Source of the DNA: Rhina ancylostomus
Taxonomy: Eukaryota
Direction of reading: 5' to 3'
Assembly (NCBI GenBank): GCA_030265395.1
Contig: JARFYF010000050.1
Coordinates: 27,463,774-27,527,773, forward strand
Length of the DNA stretch: 64,000 nucleotides
A program made the translations under genes and the position numbers. The number at the start of each line of letters is the position of its first letter. Position 1 is the first letter of the stretch. This document shows, in pieces, positions 12,811 to 26,500 of this stretch. The notes beneath the pieces were generated by a model, which made no database searches, was not told the DNA's origin, and saw only the letters and a list, made by a program, of their open reading frames with translations.

Positions 12811-13559
12811 TATCTCTGGCTTGTTTTAATTCTTCAATACACACCCCATTTTCTTCTAACCACATATAACACAATACCCTAGGGAAGATGAAACCAACCA
12901 TACCTGCACGCACTACACGTTTTACGTCATCCACACAAAACCTTATTCAAATCGGTTTACTCCATTACTGAAAAAAAACAAAAATTAAAACCCTTGTGCT
13001 TGCAAAATCCAAAAATTGGGTTTAAGTCATAGGTACCAAGCAATAGGCAGAATCAAGGCAATTGACCTACATCAAAAGAAAAAGTAATAGTAATTTGTGT
13101 TATTTAAATGCTTCACAGAGTCAGAGACTATGTGTGAATTCACAAAACAATCAAAATAAATCTTGACCAAGGTGTCAAACAAGATAAGGCACTTCACCAA
13201 ATGAAATGCAAGTCATACAATTCTGCAACAAGATTTTGTAATACGAGCATGAGGTTATTTCGATGCTGAGCTGACATATGATTACACAAGTTGAATAAAA
13301 AAATTCTGACAGCACAGAAACATTCAAGATGACAAGATAATGGTCAAAAGGAAAAATTGTGTGCCAAATGCAGATATGTGAGAGCTGACTCCAGGCTTAC
13401 AGATGATGTAGCATGTGGGCAGCAGTCATATGTAGAATAAACAGCAGCTAAAATCACATTCTTGGGGAACTAGTCCAATCTTTCAGTGACACCCTACCAC
13501 CTCTGTGGAAATAAGTGCACAATTTATGACCACTTGGTTCACTTTAGCATGGAACCAAC

Positions 13560-14850
13560 AGAATATGGTTTTCAAGCAAATGCCCCAACTCTGGAGGCTT
13601 CACATGAGGGCAAGGAGAACTTCTATTCTAACCTTAAAAATACCCTGGCCCACACTCCAAGGTGAGACACACTGATCTCAACACTAGGGTTCAAAGGGAT
13701 ACCATCTTTTGGCAAGGCGTGACGGGCAAGGAAGAAGTAGGGAAGACCAACTCCAAAAGGGTAATTCCCTTAACAAAATGAGTGGAGCATGGCCTTGTCA
13801 TAATGAATACTCCATTTCACTAGAGGAACAAGGTATCATAGCAACACCTGTGGGTTCAAGCACTAGCACCTGTTAGGTTATGCTGTTGTCCAGGTGAGAT
13901 ATTGCAAAGATGCCATAACAGATACCTAAGACTGCTGGCCTTTTTGACTTTTTATTGGTCAGGAGGGGTGACAAGGCTGGCTGAAATAAAGTGCTGGCTT
14001 ATGGTGTGATGGAGTCAAGTGTGTTTGTGTCAAGAACAGGAGGACTTCAAGGAGTTCCTTCCCTATGGCATTGACTGGCTGTCTGTCCTTGAGGAGTTAA
14101 CCTTTGTTCTTAACAGAGGGGAGGGGCCGATCTATTAGCATTGACATAAGAAAATCAACGTCAAAGCTCTGAAGCAGCCCACAAAGGTAGCTTTTCACAA
14201 TAAGCACCTCAGACCAATTGTGAACTCCCAGCCAACAGGAGCTACAAAGTGTCCACAGCTTAAGGGCTATCCTGAAGTCTGCTAATAATTGGCACCTGTG
14301 AATAGGCCTTTGTCTTCTTTACTGAAAATAACCAGCACTGGTTTGATGAGAATAACCTGGAGATCAAGGAAGTAATTAACAGCAAATGCAAGGCATTCCT
14401 GGAAACGTTGGCTCCACTATTCCTTGAGATATAAGAAACTACCAGCACCTGAAGCCAGAGGTCAGCAGAAAATCCACAACCTGAAGATCAGACGGAGAAG
14501 GAAACAGGAGGCTCAGCAGCTCATTGATATGCATGAGTTCTTCAGCATTATTAAAGCCACCTTTGATCCAAACACTCAAAGCCCCTCCCCACTCAGAGCT
14601 AACAGCAAAAGTAAACTCATCAGAAATAGTTAACGGTAGCTGGAAAGAATTCTACGAAGAATTCCTTAAATGTGACTCGGTCCTTGATGTGGGCACCCTT
14701 GACTTCATCACAGAGCAATCTGATCTACACAGCCTTGTCACCACTTTAATGACTTCACTGAAGCCTTTGACTTTATCAATCAAGAGGGGTCAGCAAGTTT
14801 TCTTTCCAAATTTGACGCCCTATACGTTCATCTCTGTTCCATGATAGCAC
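13560..14850 (+). mobile_element. RTE-clade LINE, decayed endonuclease/linker portion
   Basis: Remnants of the (Y)APT, L.IMNT.F, HP..S.H.HLL.Y and NQHWFDENN.EI..I..K.KAF motifs typical of RTE ORFs; many stops. Confidence 0.65.
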
Positions 14851-16229
14851 GCATGCCATGAGCAGTATGGTTGGGTCCACAAAAGACCAATTTCAATGTG
14901 ACATAAACAACTTAAAATTCAAAGCCAATGCTGCTTTGTGTCTTTGGAATACAGTTACCTAACTGATGACCCAGGCCATTTCAAAAAATATCCCAGTGGT
15001 GCACCAATGGATACCGTACAATGGCATCAACTGTCATAAAAGGCAGGTGTCTGAGACCACTTAGAGAATGATTTACACCACTGTACTCAAGAAGATATCT
15101 ATAGTTTCTGAATTTGAATTATTAATATCTTTATTAATGTTATTGTTGTTTATCACTGCAACCTTGATCCAAACTTTTATCATTAATGGAACTGTTTTTC
15201 TTATTTCAATCCTCACATTGCTACAAACTTAAACTGTTAGTATTTCAATTGCCTTTGTGCTAGCCTCAACTAACTTCTGCTCACACAAAATCCCAACCCC
15301 ACTGATTGAAAATGGCCCCAGGCTCCTCAGATACTTTGCTTGGTACTCCTTTATGCTATTTCAGCAACATCCTCCAGCCTTATGTTTCCCCAAATGCAAG
15401 TCACTACCTCTCATGCCATCCAACCTTCTCTCTTGAAGAGTCTCCTGAAACACTGTATTTTTGCCAAGCAGAGCAAACTGTAAATTGGAGTTCAGAAGGA
15501 AAATATATAATAGTTTTCCACGGTTTTAGGGATCCAATAAACAATTTGTTCACAAGTCTTTCTTTGATTAACTGCATAGGACAGAAAAAAAAACAGCTGC
15601 AAGCAATTTGTTTCTCCACTCTAATATTACTTCTTAAACATAGACTGTAATTGATCTTACCAGTCTAGGTAATGCCTGCAATTCTAGTCAAAATTCTGTA
15701 CATTTTACTTTAGGTCAGCCCAACCCTATTGTGCTTCCTGGGCACAATACAGCCGAAACTGCAGATAAATGAATTCCAAACCTCCACCCATGCTACTGGG
15801 GGCATGTAACTTAAGTCTGACCTGAAATCACCCTCAAGATTTTTTTTCCTCTCAACATCGGGTGTTGCCTACTTCACACTTAAAACCTCCCTAAATAATG
15901 CAGCAGCAATGAGATCAGCAAGTCAAAAGCACCAAAAANNNNNNNNNNAAATCAACATTATAACCATCAGCCTCTGCCTTAACACATCACTAATCATACA
16001 ATAACACACAAGGAGGCAGAATTAATCTGAACATAGAATTAATCAGGTGACTATACTCCAGAACCTTGTTCAGCTCCAGCATGAAGTCAACACTTGCATT
16101 TATGCACGCTTAGAGGTTGAGCTACAATCCAACATTGACTCATTCACTGAACGATTGAGAGCATAGAACTTACACACAATGTCCAGAAAACCAATGCCCT
16201 TTACCAACTTGCCCCTGCTGCACCACATT

Positions 16230-17180
16230 ATCCCCTGACAATAAAGGTTCACGGCAAAACCCTGGAAAACAAGGCTCACTTAGCATTTCTCACTGGAGGC
16301 AGACATGCTGCTCTGAATCACCTATCCTCCAATTTGCATATAACTGGTTTGCTTTCTTGAGGCTTAGCCTCAGGCTTTTGATTTGTGGAACACAGCACCC
16401 CATTAGTGTGAAGAAGTCTTGTCAAAAATTAGCCCCGACAGAAGGCAGAAAGCTCATGGTGTACCAGGCAGCAGTGATCCCTGCCCTCCTATATGGTTCT
16501 GAGACCCAAACTACCTGGAGCAAGATTCTCAAGGCACTGAAACAATTACCTCTGCAAAATCAACCAAATTCACAGGAAGGATAAGTGAACCAGTGTCTTT
16601 TCCCAGGCTAACATTCCCAATATTGAGCTCCCTGTTACTTTTAGCCAGTTATGTCAGGTAGGCAACTTTGTTCACATGCCGAACACCAGATCCTGAAACA
16701 CATACGCTACTCTGAGCTCTGTCATAGGAAGAGATTACCCATGAAGACAGAGGAAAGGATTCAAGTTTATGATCAAAGCCTCCTTGTAGAAATGCAACGT
16801 CCTCATTGATTCCTGGGAAACTCTGGCCCAGACTGCTCCAAATGGTAAAGGAGCCTTTTAGAGTCATTCAGCTGTACAGCACGGAAACAGGTTCTTCAGC
16901 CCAATGAGTCCATGCTGACCAAGTTGCATAAGTGAGCTAGTCCCATTTACCTGTGTTTGCCCATATCCCTCCAAATATTTTCTATCCCTGTACATGTCCA
17001 CATGCCTTTATGACATTAAGAACCTCAAAGCCATACATTAAGAGCACACAGCAGCCCTGTGTAAACTAGTCAGCCATCATCCAACCCATCTACAGAAGAA
17101 TCCATTGTTCCCATATTAGCCACCTTAGAACTCAAAGAACTGGTGTGGAAGCTTGAAGGACTGCCGAAGAGAAGAAACTA
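16230..17180 (+). mobile_element. RTE-clade LINE 3' portion (probably the same element as 13560-14850), with a CR1-tail insert at about 16865-17010
   Basis: KLMVYQAAVIPALLYGSET in ORF 16357..16584 is a typical RTE C-terminal motif; ends near GGACTGCCGAAGAGAAGAA. Confidence 0.7.
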
Positions 17181-18139
17181 CCTTGTAGTTTGCCAGATGT
17201 ACAATTACAGTTTGAATGATAACTGTAAGTGTGGAACAATAACATGGGTACTTAACTGGTTGCAAATTCAGCCACAAATATATTCTACACAGCCTCTGCA
17301 TCAGTTCCTGCATGAGAATTACCTGTCACGCAATGCCAGGATCAATTTGCAGCACAGAAACAAAACCTATTTGTACACCAGTTGGAGACTGATTTCTTGC
17401 CAATATTTCTGTTCGCACTGCAGAGTCAAAAAAAATCCACTTTCAGAATGTAACTTTAGCCTAAGATATTAATTCTCTATTGATTTAAATCATCTTAGTA
17501 TTGTATTCTGTTCAGCACTTAGAACAAATTATATTTGCAAGAATTTTTTAAAACATTGATTAAAGTGAAGCAGCTAACCACCTTCCAACAATTCACACCC
17601 AAAGGAAACCTGTCAAACATCTTCGGTTGAACAATGAGGCTAAGTTGCAGTGTGCAACGAAGTTTCATCATTTTTAAACAGCCCGTGGCAACAACAATCA
17701 GCACATCAAAAAAAAGCACATCAATTTTACCTCTTTGAACAGTTGCAATAATTACTCCACCAGTCATTTAAGAATTCTCGAAAGTCAAGGTCAACTTTGA
17801 CCATTAACTGGTCATTAAAAGATCATAAATGTTTTACTGCTGTCACAGATCACATGGAAATGAAATATAGTTCTGTCTAGTCTTCAGAATAAGAGCTGAT
17901 GTTGAGCATAGTGAATCACAAGGAATAACAACGGTCAGTTTTAGTTTTCAATTATGCTCCCACACACTTATAGGGTACTCTCTTTACAAATTAAAAGCCT
18001 TGAAGTATGCCTTATGAAGGCAAACTAGTTTCAAGCAGACTGGAGGGGATACATGAGCCACAGATAAGACTGAACATAAGACTGACAAAATCACTGTCAC
18101 AAAATCCTGCAATTTTGCTCTTCGCCCTTCTCCACAAGA

Positions 18140-18680
18140 TAATTGTCCTCCTCCTTACTTTCCACTCCACCAGCATCCACACAAAATAGATCTTTCTCCA
18201 TATTTTCTGTGAAACACCATCACCAAATTCCCTGTTGTTTTAGCATTCCAAACAGAATTTGTTTCTTTTGCAGCATCAATTGCTCCCAACACTTGCTTCT
18301 CCTTTTCTGGCAGTTTTCTATGCAAGTGCTGAAGATGCAACATCTACCCTTTCAAGTTCTAGGGCCACAAACACACATTTCAATTGAAACAATTAGTTAC
18401 TTACACTTCTTTTAATCTAGTCTATTGCATTTGCTGCTTATAGTACTGCTTTCTCTACACTGGGAGCAAACGTGTGTTCACCGGATACTTTGCTGAATAT
18501 CTCTGTTCACGCTGCAAGCTTCTGACAGCTTAACCTTATAATTCTCTACTCCCCTGTGACCTTTCTGTCTTTGACCTCTTCCACTTTTTTTTAAAACAGA
18601 ACTTTAATAGAAGCTTAAGAAAAATCTTACAATTATACATTTTAGAGCCTTCATACTCTCACATTTGGATTCTCTGTAAA
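18140..18680 (+). mobile_element. Penelope-like element fragment (RT thumb/linker plus GIY-YIG endonuclease), decayed
   Basis: VLLLTFHSTS, GPQTHI and LVYCICCL*YCFLYTGSKRVFTGYFAEYLCS (about 18417-18510) match PLE VYCI.C..C...YIGET.R.L..RF.EH. Confidence 0.75.
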
Positions 18681-18879
18681 ATATCAGTCATCAAACTCCG
18701 TCTTGTTCTGCATCCCTCTAAGTGGAGTACAAATTCTGAAGCATACCATCTAGATCAGGGCTTCTCAAATGATGCCTTGGATTGCCTCAGCCATTGGACC
18801 CCCAGCCCACATCCCTGCTATCAGCAAACTATAACCAAGTCCACCTTTACACCTGAACTCAACTCTCTCTTCCTTCAAA

Positions 18880-19430
18880 ATAAGTTGGAAGCTTTTCTTC
18901 CCTCGTGAAGTTGGCTGCAAACTTCTCATTTAGTATCTCAACATCCATGTGTGATCTTTTTGTTGTCCTTAATAGGCCTCAATCCTCCATGTCTGCCCTC
19001 TTACTATTAATATGTCTATAAAACACTTTATAAGCATGTAAATTCCACTTAAGTTGGCAGCTAACCTATTCTCAGATGTTGTCTTGAACCTCTTCCTCGA
19101 GTTTTTACCTTTCCTCTGATTCTTCCATAATCAGCCTGGGGGGGTCTTGCTAGTATTTGCAGGCCAACCCTTGCCACAAGCAACATTTCTTTGCTTTATC
19201 TTCCTCTGTTTCTCTTTCATCATCCAGGGAGCCTTGGAATTGTTTGTTCTTTATGACAATGTGCCTCAATCATAGCTGAACCATCCCTTCCTGAAAAGCA
19301 GCCTGTTGTTCTGGTACAGTTTGTCTCATAGCTTTTGGTTCCATTTTACCTTGGCCAGATCCATCCTCATTCCCAATGAAACCGGCCTTCCTCCAATTAT
19401 TTTTACTTTTGATGATGGTGCTTAGCTCCT
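18880..19430 (-). mobile_element. CR1 LINE internal fragment, decayed
   Basis: Reverse strand shows a PWMMKE-like linker and other CR1 ORF2 remnants. Confidence 0.45.
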
Positions 19431-19789
19431 TCAATAATAAAGATAATTCCTTATTATTGAGGGAGCTTGGTCCTATTAATAGTGATGCACCATGCCAACT
19501 GTGCACAGATGATTAATCAGTAAAGGTGCACAATTGTGTTGTATCAGTGATGAAGAACAATGATGCTGATGGCAAATTATTGACAGAGTCATAGTCGCTA
19601 TGCACAGAAACAAGCCCTTTGGCCCACTGAGTTCATGCAGGACATCAAATATCTATTTACCCTGATCTTACACTAACCACTCTTTACTGCTGGTTATACA
19701 CAGCTCCATGGTCAGGGATAAAGGACAGTTCCACTAACAGCACTTGTCTTCTGTCTCTAATGGTCTGCAGCTTCTATCTGTGTTAATAC

Positions 19790-20450
19790 CGTGATCTTTA
19801 ATTGGTTATTGCTTGTACAATGTAGTTTTATGAGTGGTCTCACATAACGCTACTGGCTGTGTATGTTGTGCTGTAGTGTCTGGGTACATCTCTCTTTGTT
19901 CTTTGTGCAGTCTTTCTATCAGAGCCCATGTGCATCTTACCAGTGGTAATGCACCTTTCTATAATCAGCGATGATGGTCAGTTCTCCCAGTGGTGCAGGT
20001 ACATGGTTCTCTTCTCAGTCCTGGGACAGTCCCATTCCTTCAGTATCCACCTATAGATCCATTGGGAGTGATTTTCATCTTGCTATTATCAGTCAGAATG
20101 CCCAAGTCCTTTGTCTGTGATGGTGAAGTTTGGTATCAGTTCTTTAAACAGTGTTGGCATGTTAGTGGTACGCAGTTCCATTCCCAAGGTTGGTGCACAC
20201 TTCTTGCACTAGTGATTTTCTGTGGGTCTGTTATTGGCATGGTGGGATCACATCTTAGGCTAATCCTGCCCCATGCCCAGAACAAACGGAGACACCCACG
20301 GCACATGCAGACACACACGTTTCTAACCAGGCGTCTGACTGGTGATCAGGAGTGCTTGGTATTCCTTCTGGTAGCGTTATCCAATTGTGTCTCCTACAGC
20401 CACACCTCACAAACCTTCCACAGCCGCATATTGAGATAACCTTCCTGCTT
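19790..20450 (-). mobile_element. Decayed BEL/Pao LTR-retrotransposon integrase C-terminal region
   Basis: Ordered minus-strand remnants GRFVRCGC, QLDNAT, ANNRPT, PLTCQHCL, YRWILKEW, LGELTIIAD..HW, YVRPLIKL. Compare BEL/Pao RRF.ARRG.P / SDN.TNF / INSRPL / PLTPNHLL / FW.RW..EY / GDLVLI.D..W / RPI.KL. Confidence 0.55.
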
Positions 20451-21099
20451 TCAGGCTGACTGTGTCGTGACTGCAGCTGGTTTTTGTGACACTAATTTTT
20501 GGGCAAAGCAGCAGTCAGCCAAATAGCACCAAAACTCCCAAAAGGCAGAGGTGGGGTGGGGGGGGGGGGGCAGCNNNNNNNNNNNNNNNNNNNNNNNNNN
20601 NNNNNNNNNNNNNNNNNNNNNNNNNNNNNNNNNNNNNNNNNNNNNNNNNNNNNNNNNNNNNNNNNNNNNNNNNNCCACATCCCTGCTATCAGCAAACGAT
20701 AACCAAGTCCACCATTACACCTGAACTCAACTCTCTCTTCCCATTATCACAACCGTGCAAAGGGAATGAAAAGCTCCTCACCCATTCTGCAGAAATCCAC
20801 AGACTGCAGGGAATAGTGCTTGTTTCTAGCTTCTGCTGCCATTCAACGTGCTGGATAGCAAGGACCTCTGGCAGAAAATGTGTAGAGCAGTCAGAGAAGG
20901 GAATCAAGTCCTACCTATTAGCTCTCATGGGTGTCAAAATCCAATGTGTGGTGTGGGAATAGAGGGTGGGAGGAAGGCGATGGTTGCGAGTTACTGCAAC
21001 CATTCTTCTTACAGAGCATGATGCCAGATACTAAGAATTGTAATGTGCAGGCCTGAGGGAGATTCCATTCACATAGACTTCAAGTTAGCTGAGTCCAAG

Positions 21100-21430
21100 T
21101 ATTGCCATGGTCTCAGTGGGAACAGTTCCAGCCCTGCCTCAGAAAGTAGTAGGTTCAAAATGCAATTCAGAGACTGGAAAACAAAACTCAGGTTGAAAGT
21201 CTAGTGCAGTATGAAAGAAAAGTACCAGTGACATTGTTAGAAGTGCTATGTTTAAGCCTAGACTCAGTATCTTCTCTTAGATGTAAAAGGACCCAATAGA
21301 CTACGAGAGGTGTCTCTGGGAGTTGTTTTTTGGCTAACTAATTTTTATCCAGTAGTCAACATCACTATAAAAAGCTGGTCAATGTCACATTGGTGTTTGT
21401 GGGTTTCTGTTTTAAGCTGGTTATTGTTTT
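21100..21430 (+). mobile_element. Deu-SINE (SacSINE1-like)
   Basis: GGTTCAA B box, AGTGCAGTA, GATGTAAAAGGACCC, CAACATCACT and CACATTGGTGTTTGTGGG. Confidence 0.6.
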
Positions 21431-21943
21431 ACTTGAGTGCTATTTTGTTATGGCCAACTTCTGAAGTCATGTGACGTTTCAAATCCCAAAATGGGATCAT
21501 TCTGGAAAACAGATTTTGAAAGCTCTGGTTCAGTATTCCTCCCTCTCCCTTATATATTGGGAGTGTCTCCAGCTCATATTCAGTGCAACATTTCTCCACA
21601 TATGTTTACTCAAGCAAGCTTGCTATCCATAAGCTCCCATATAACTGCAATCCAAACGGCACATCTGATCTGGAATATCTTAATCCAAGTGACTGTTTAG
21701 TCTTCTATAAGAGTATTTTTTTTACAAAACAAACTTTCTCCAATTATAAATACTTACTTCTTCAAGCTTACACAAAGCACTGCAAGAGTTGGAGGCAAAA
21801 ATTACCACTTATTACCCCTCTGCATTAAATTCACTTTCTCAAAGGCCTGTTGAGAATTTATTCAGAGTTGCAGGGATTGGTTAACTTCCTTTCACTTAGA
21901 GATCACCAAATATAATAAGGAAAGAGATCATAAAATACTCTTA

Positions 21944-22261
<318 letters not shown>

Positions 22262-22577
22262 CTATAGTTTGTTTTTGATACAGCTCCAAAGTAAGGGCAA
22301 GGGTAGTTTCTATGACAATAGTGAATACTGCACTCTCAGTCCTCGGTACATATCTGTGGCCTTATCCTCTCTTTCTCTGTGATATTACTCAACATAACAC
22401 ACTTTCTACACTCCTCTAATTCTGGCCTCATGCTCACCAGTGACAACCATTTCTTCAATTACCAAGTCCCTAAGTACCCTACTTTACCTGCACCTACCTT
22501 TAGTTTTATATTCTGGTAGCATCTTGGAATACTTTACTACAGTGAAGATGCTAATGGAAAGGCAAATTTTGTACATT

Positions 22578-23670
22578 GATTCATAGGGCATGGAAACAGG
22601 CCCTTTGGCCCAACTCACCCATGTTGACCAAGATACTTATCTACGCTAATCCCATTTGCCTGCCCCACATATCCCCTTGCCCTCTAGTTTTAGACTCCCC
22701 TACCCTAGGNNNNNNNNNNNNNNNNNNNNNNNNNNNNNNNNNNNNNNNNNNNNNNNNNNNNNNNNNNNNNNNNNNNNNNNNNNNNNNNNNNNNNNNNNNN
22801 NNNNNNNNNNNNNNNNNNNNNNNCTATGCAATCTCTGCTTGTAACTCAAACCCTCCAATCCAGGCAAAATCCTTGTGAATCTTTTCTGCATCACACCTTT
22901 CCCACGGCACAGCAACCAGAACCGCATACAATACTCCAACTGCGGACTAACCAACATTTTGTACACCTATAACGCGACATTTTCCACTCAATGCCAATGA
23001 AGGCAAGCATGCCATACGCTTTCTTCACCAGCATCTACCTGTGATGCCACTTTCAGGGAACTACATACTTGTACCACGAGGTTTCTGTGTTCAACAACAC
23101 TACCCAGGGCCCTGCAATTCAACATTCTGGCCTGGTTTAACTTCCCAAAATACATCATTTTGCACATGTCTGAGTTAAATTCCATCTGCCATTCCTTTAC
23201 CCACTTTCCCAGTTGATCAATATCCTGTTGTAATCTTAGACGATCTTCTTTACTGTCCACTATACCACCAATTTTGGTGTCATCAGCAAACTTACCAATC
23301 ACAGCACCTATATTCTTATCCAAACTATTAATATGTACATCAAACAAAAGTGGACTCCTCTGGCATACAAATGGTCACAGGCCTCCAATCTGAAAATTAA
23401 CCCCCCACTACCTTCCTCTGCCTCCTACCACCAAGCCAAATTTATATCCAAATGGGTAGCTTTCACTGGATCCCATGTGTTCTAAACTTCTGGACCAGCC
23501 TACTACACAAGACCTTGTCAAAAGCCTTGCTTAAGTCCATGCAGACAATGTTCACTACCCTGCCCTCATCAATCTTCTTGGTCACCCCTTCAAAAAATAA
23601 CAATTATATTCATGAGATAAAGCTGACTATCCCTAATCAGTCCTTTACAAATGCAAATAAATCCTGCCTC
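22578..23670 (-). mobile_element. CR1 LINE 3' half (RT domain), spans an N gap
   Basis: ORF 22988..23347 has KFADDTKIGGIVDS..LQQDIDQLGKW..EWQMEFN; ORF 22700..22966 has YKMLVSPQLEYCMRFW; CR1 tail GGGCCAAAGGGCCTGTTTCC. Confidence 0.9.
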
Positions 23671-24027
23671 TCTAGTGCTCAACTCCACTGAAAACCATGT
23701 TGAGAATGTATTCTGTTCCAATGAATCTCCAATGCTTTAGAACAGAGAATAAAAACAAAATTGAAAATGATTTTCAAAGTCACTCAAGAGCCTACACTGA
23801 CCAATAATAGAAATTTTCATTTACAATTTCATTCCCTTGCACCACGAGTGACCAATCTCAGTTTGGAAAGCAGGTGATGCCAGAGGGATAATTGACAGGT
23901 TCTTCTCACACAGAGGAAGGAAGCAACTTTTGACTTTTCAGAATTGTTTACCTCAAACTATGTCCTTGGGCAAATCTCAAATTTTCTGTGAGATAAACAT
24001 CACTAAGAAGAGAATTTTAAAACTGAC

Positions 24028-24312
24028 AGGGGGGGGAAGGAGGGAGGGGGTCAAGGATGGGAGGGCGTCAAGAGGCAGAAGAAGGGATGAGAGCAGAGGG
24101 GGAGAGGTGGGAGGAAGGGGGAGAGGAGGGGGAGGGGAGGGGGAGAGTGAGGTGAACAGAGACTATTCTCATCCCTCTCTTCCACCCCCTCCTCATCGTT
24201 CCTTCTACCCTGAGCACTCTTCTTATCGCTCTCTCTACTCTGCCACTTCCCTCCTCTTTCTCTCTCCACCGCTCAACCAGCTCCCCCACACCCCCACCAC
24301 CACCTACCCGCC
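24028..24312. repeat. Purine-rich (G4-prone) tract followed by a pyrimidine-rich tract
   Basis: Many G3+ runs over 24028-24150, then C/T runs over 24165-24312. Confidence 0.8.
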
Positions 24313-24889
24313 CAGTAATATTGCAGCTAAATAATCCAAATGTTTGCATCTCAACTGTCACAACATGGTAAACACATCGCTGTTTGGATAGAAGTTATAC
24401 AGATTACCTAAAGACTAATCTAATAATCAAAGGCCATGGTGCTTGTGATGTGAAAGATTGACAGAGGATGTTTCACAATGCCACAACAGAGCTTGACACT
24501 CCTCATTACATAACCGAAGTGAACATATCTTGGAAAAATTTGTCATTGAGGTATCTAAACCAGTGGAAGGGCTGCAACCTGAAACATTAAGTACTCTCTC
24601 TCCCCCACCCCCTTCCCAGTTGCTGACAGACCTTCTGAGTATTTCCAGCAGTTTTTTTAGTTTCAGATTTAAAGCATCTGTACCCCATCGCTTTCTAGAA
24701 ATAAAAGCTAACAAGACTGCTTTTTCAGCCGGAACTGTGAAGTGCAAAAACATGAATAAATGTGGCTACCATAAGAATTGAAAAGTAATTCAACAAGTTT
24801 TCCACTTGGGATTGCAGCACAGCTATTCTGATATTATTTGCAAGGAAACAAGAAAAACTCAGCATTTAAAACCTTTTCAAAACAAAAAC

Positions 24890-25065
24890 TTTATTTATAC
24901 AGCACAGTAACGGCCCTTCTGGCCCAATGAGTCCATGCTACCCATTTAAACCCATGTTAACTCACCCTTACGTCTTTGGAATGTGGGAGGAAACCGGAGC
25001 ACCCAGAGGAAACCCAGACAGACAAGGGGAAAACGTACAAACTCCTCACAGGCAGCGATGGGAAT
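24890..25065 (-). mobile_element. V-SINE, 5'-truncated
   Basis: Close match to the 11790-12030 copy (GTCTTTGGAATGTGGGAGGAAACCGGAGCACCC...AACGTACAAACTCC). Confidence 0.8.
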
Positions 25066-25084
25066 GTATTTATTTATGAGTCAA

Positions 25085-25346
25085 GTGGACTGCTCAAAGT
25101 GGAGAAGGAGCAATGAGGTTGGTGTTGAGAAACACAAGGCCATGCACTGGGAGCACACAGAAGCCTTCTGTAAATGGCAGAAAGAACGCACAACCTCACT
25201 ACTACCCATTCACCCAACCTGCCAACCACATCCTGCCTCATCTACGAGCCTGCCTCATCAGACACTTCAGAACAAAACTTTAGTGGAAGCAAGTCATCCT
25301 CAATCCCAAGGGACTGCTCAAGAAGACAACAACAACAACAACAACA
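25085..25346 (+). mobile_element. RTE LINE 3' end with (AAC)n tail
   Basis: Similar to 16830-17170; ends GGGACTGCTCAAGAAGAC(AAC)n. Confidence 0.6.
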
Positions 25347-26119
25347 CAGTCCTCCCACAAAGCCCACGATGGCCATTGTTCTTGAAACCATGTCACACTT
25401 CAGATTTCCTTCATTTGACAAAAATCTTGAAGGATAAAATAAAATCAGTGTATTTCACTGGGAATATTAAAGTTTAGCAATGAGAATATCCATAGTTAAA
25501 ATTTTGAAAAATGTAAGAAAAGTAAAGCAGTAATACTAAAAAAGGTGTATACAAGTTGTTTAACAATCTGGTTATTCCATGTGCGTCATGCACAAAGCCT
25601 ATACACTATTCCTAGCCAATATATTTTTGTTGTGCCCTCAAGGCATCAAGTCACCTGTCAAATTCTGCCCTGCCTTGACTAACAATGTAACTGCTGCTAA
25701 CACAAACTTACATTTTTGTACTTTATTCTCAAATCGAGTTGATTTACCAAATCAATATCTCCACCTCCACCACCCCCACCAACCCCAATTGAAAAATATA
25801 TTTTGGGCTTGTCTATATCTTCAGTTTGATGCAACAATTTAGACAAGGTACTTAACAAAATGTGGCTTAGTGGCACTGTGCATTTCTGTTTCACCACATC
25901 CATTGGGCATACCCCCCTACTCAAACGTCTGGGATGGAAAGTAAAAAATGTAGCATTGGTTTACTTGGATTATACGTTAAGGCAATGATTCTTGGCAAAG
26001 TGTAGAAAGACCTTAAAATGCCCATAAAATGGTTGAACTCTGAATTCTTTATGGTGACAAACCATTGCCTAATTGGAAATGTTCTATCTCTACCATCAAT
26101 ATTTTTGACCTTGAGAAGA

Positions 26120-26500
26120 CAAAACTTTAAAAAGATTCAAACTCAATTCCTTGAGATTAACTTCTGATTGAAGCCAAAACCACACCGCAGTACTGCAATA
26201 GCATCCTTCAGATAAAATAATTAGACAGGGTACTGTCTTGCTCTTCTCAGGATTCAATTAGATGCAAAGACCTATTCACAAAAGCTTGTGCATTAGCCAA
26301 CATTGCTTCTAGATTAATGCACCAAAAGTAGATTCTATATATTTATTTCCTTGCTGTTTGCAGAACCTTGCTACGTATCAAATAAGTTTCACTAGCTTAG
26401 AGATTCGTAATTACAAAGAAATCTAACTACTTTAAATAAAAATACCTCAAGCTGCCTCTGAGAAATACAATTACGTCCTATAAAAGTGAAATTCTTTTGT
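26120..26500 (+). mobile_element. Deu-SINE, decayed
   Basis: GCAGTACTG...CTTCAGATAAAA...GATGCAAAGACC...TTGCTGTTTGCAGAACCTTGCT. Confidence 0.45.

Noticed and set aside
23930-24361. Overlapping Gly/Arg/Pro-rich ORFs
   Set aside because: By-product of low-complexity purine/pyrimidine tracts that lack stop codons.
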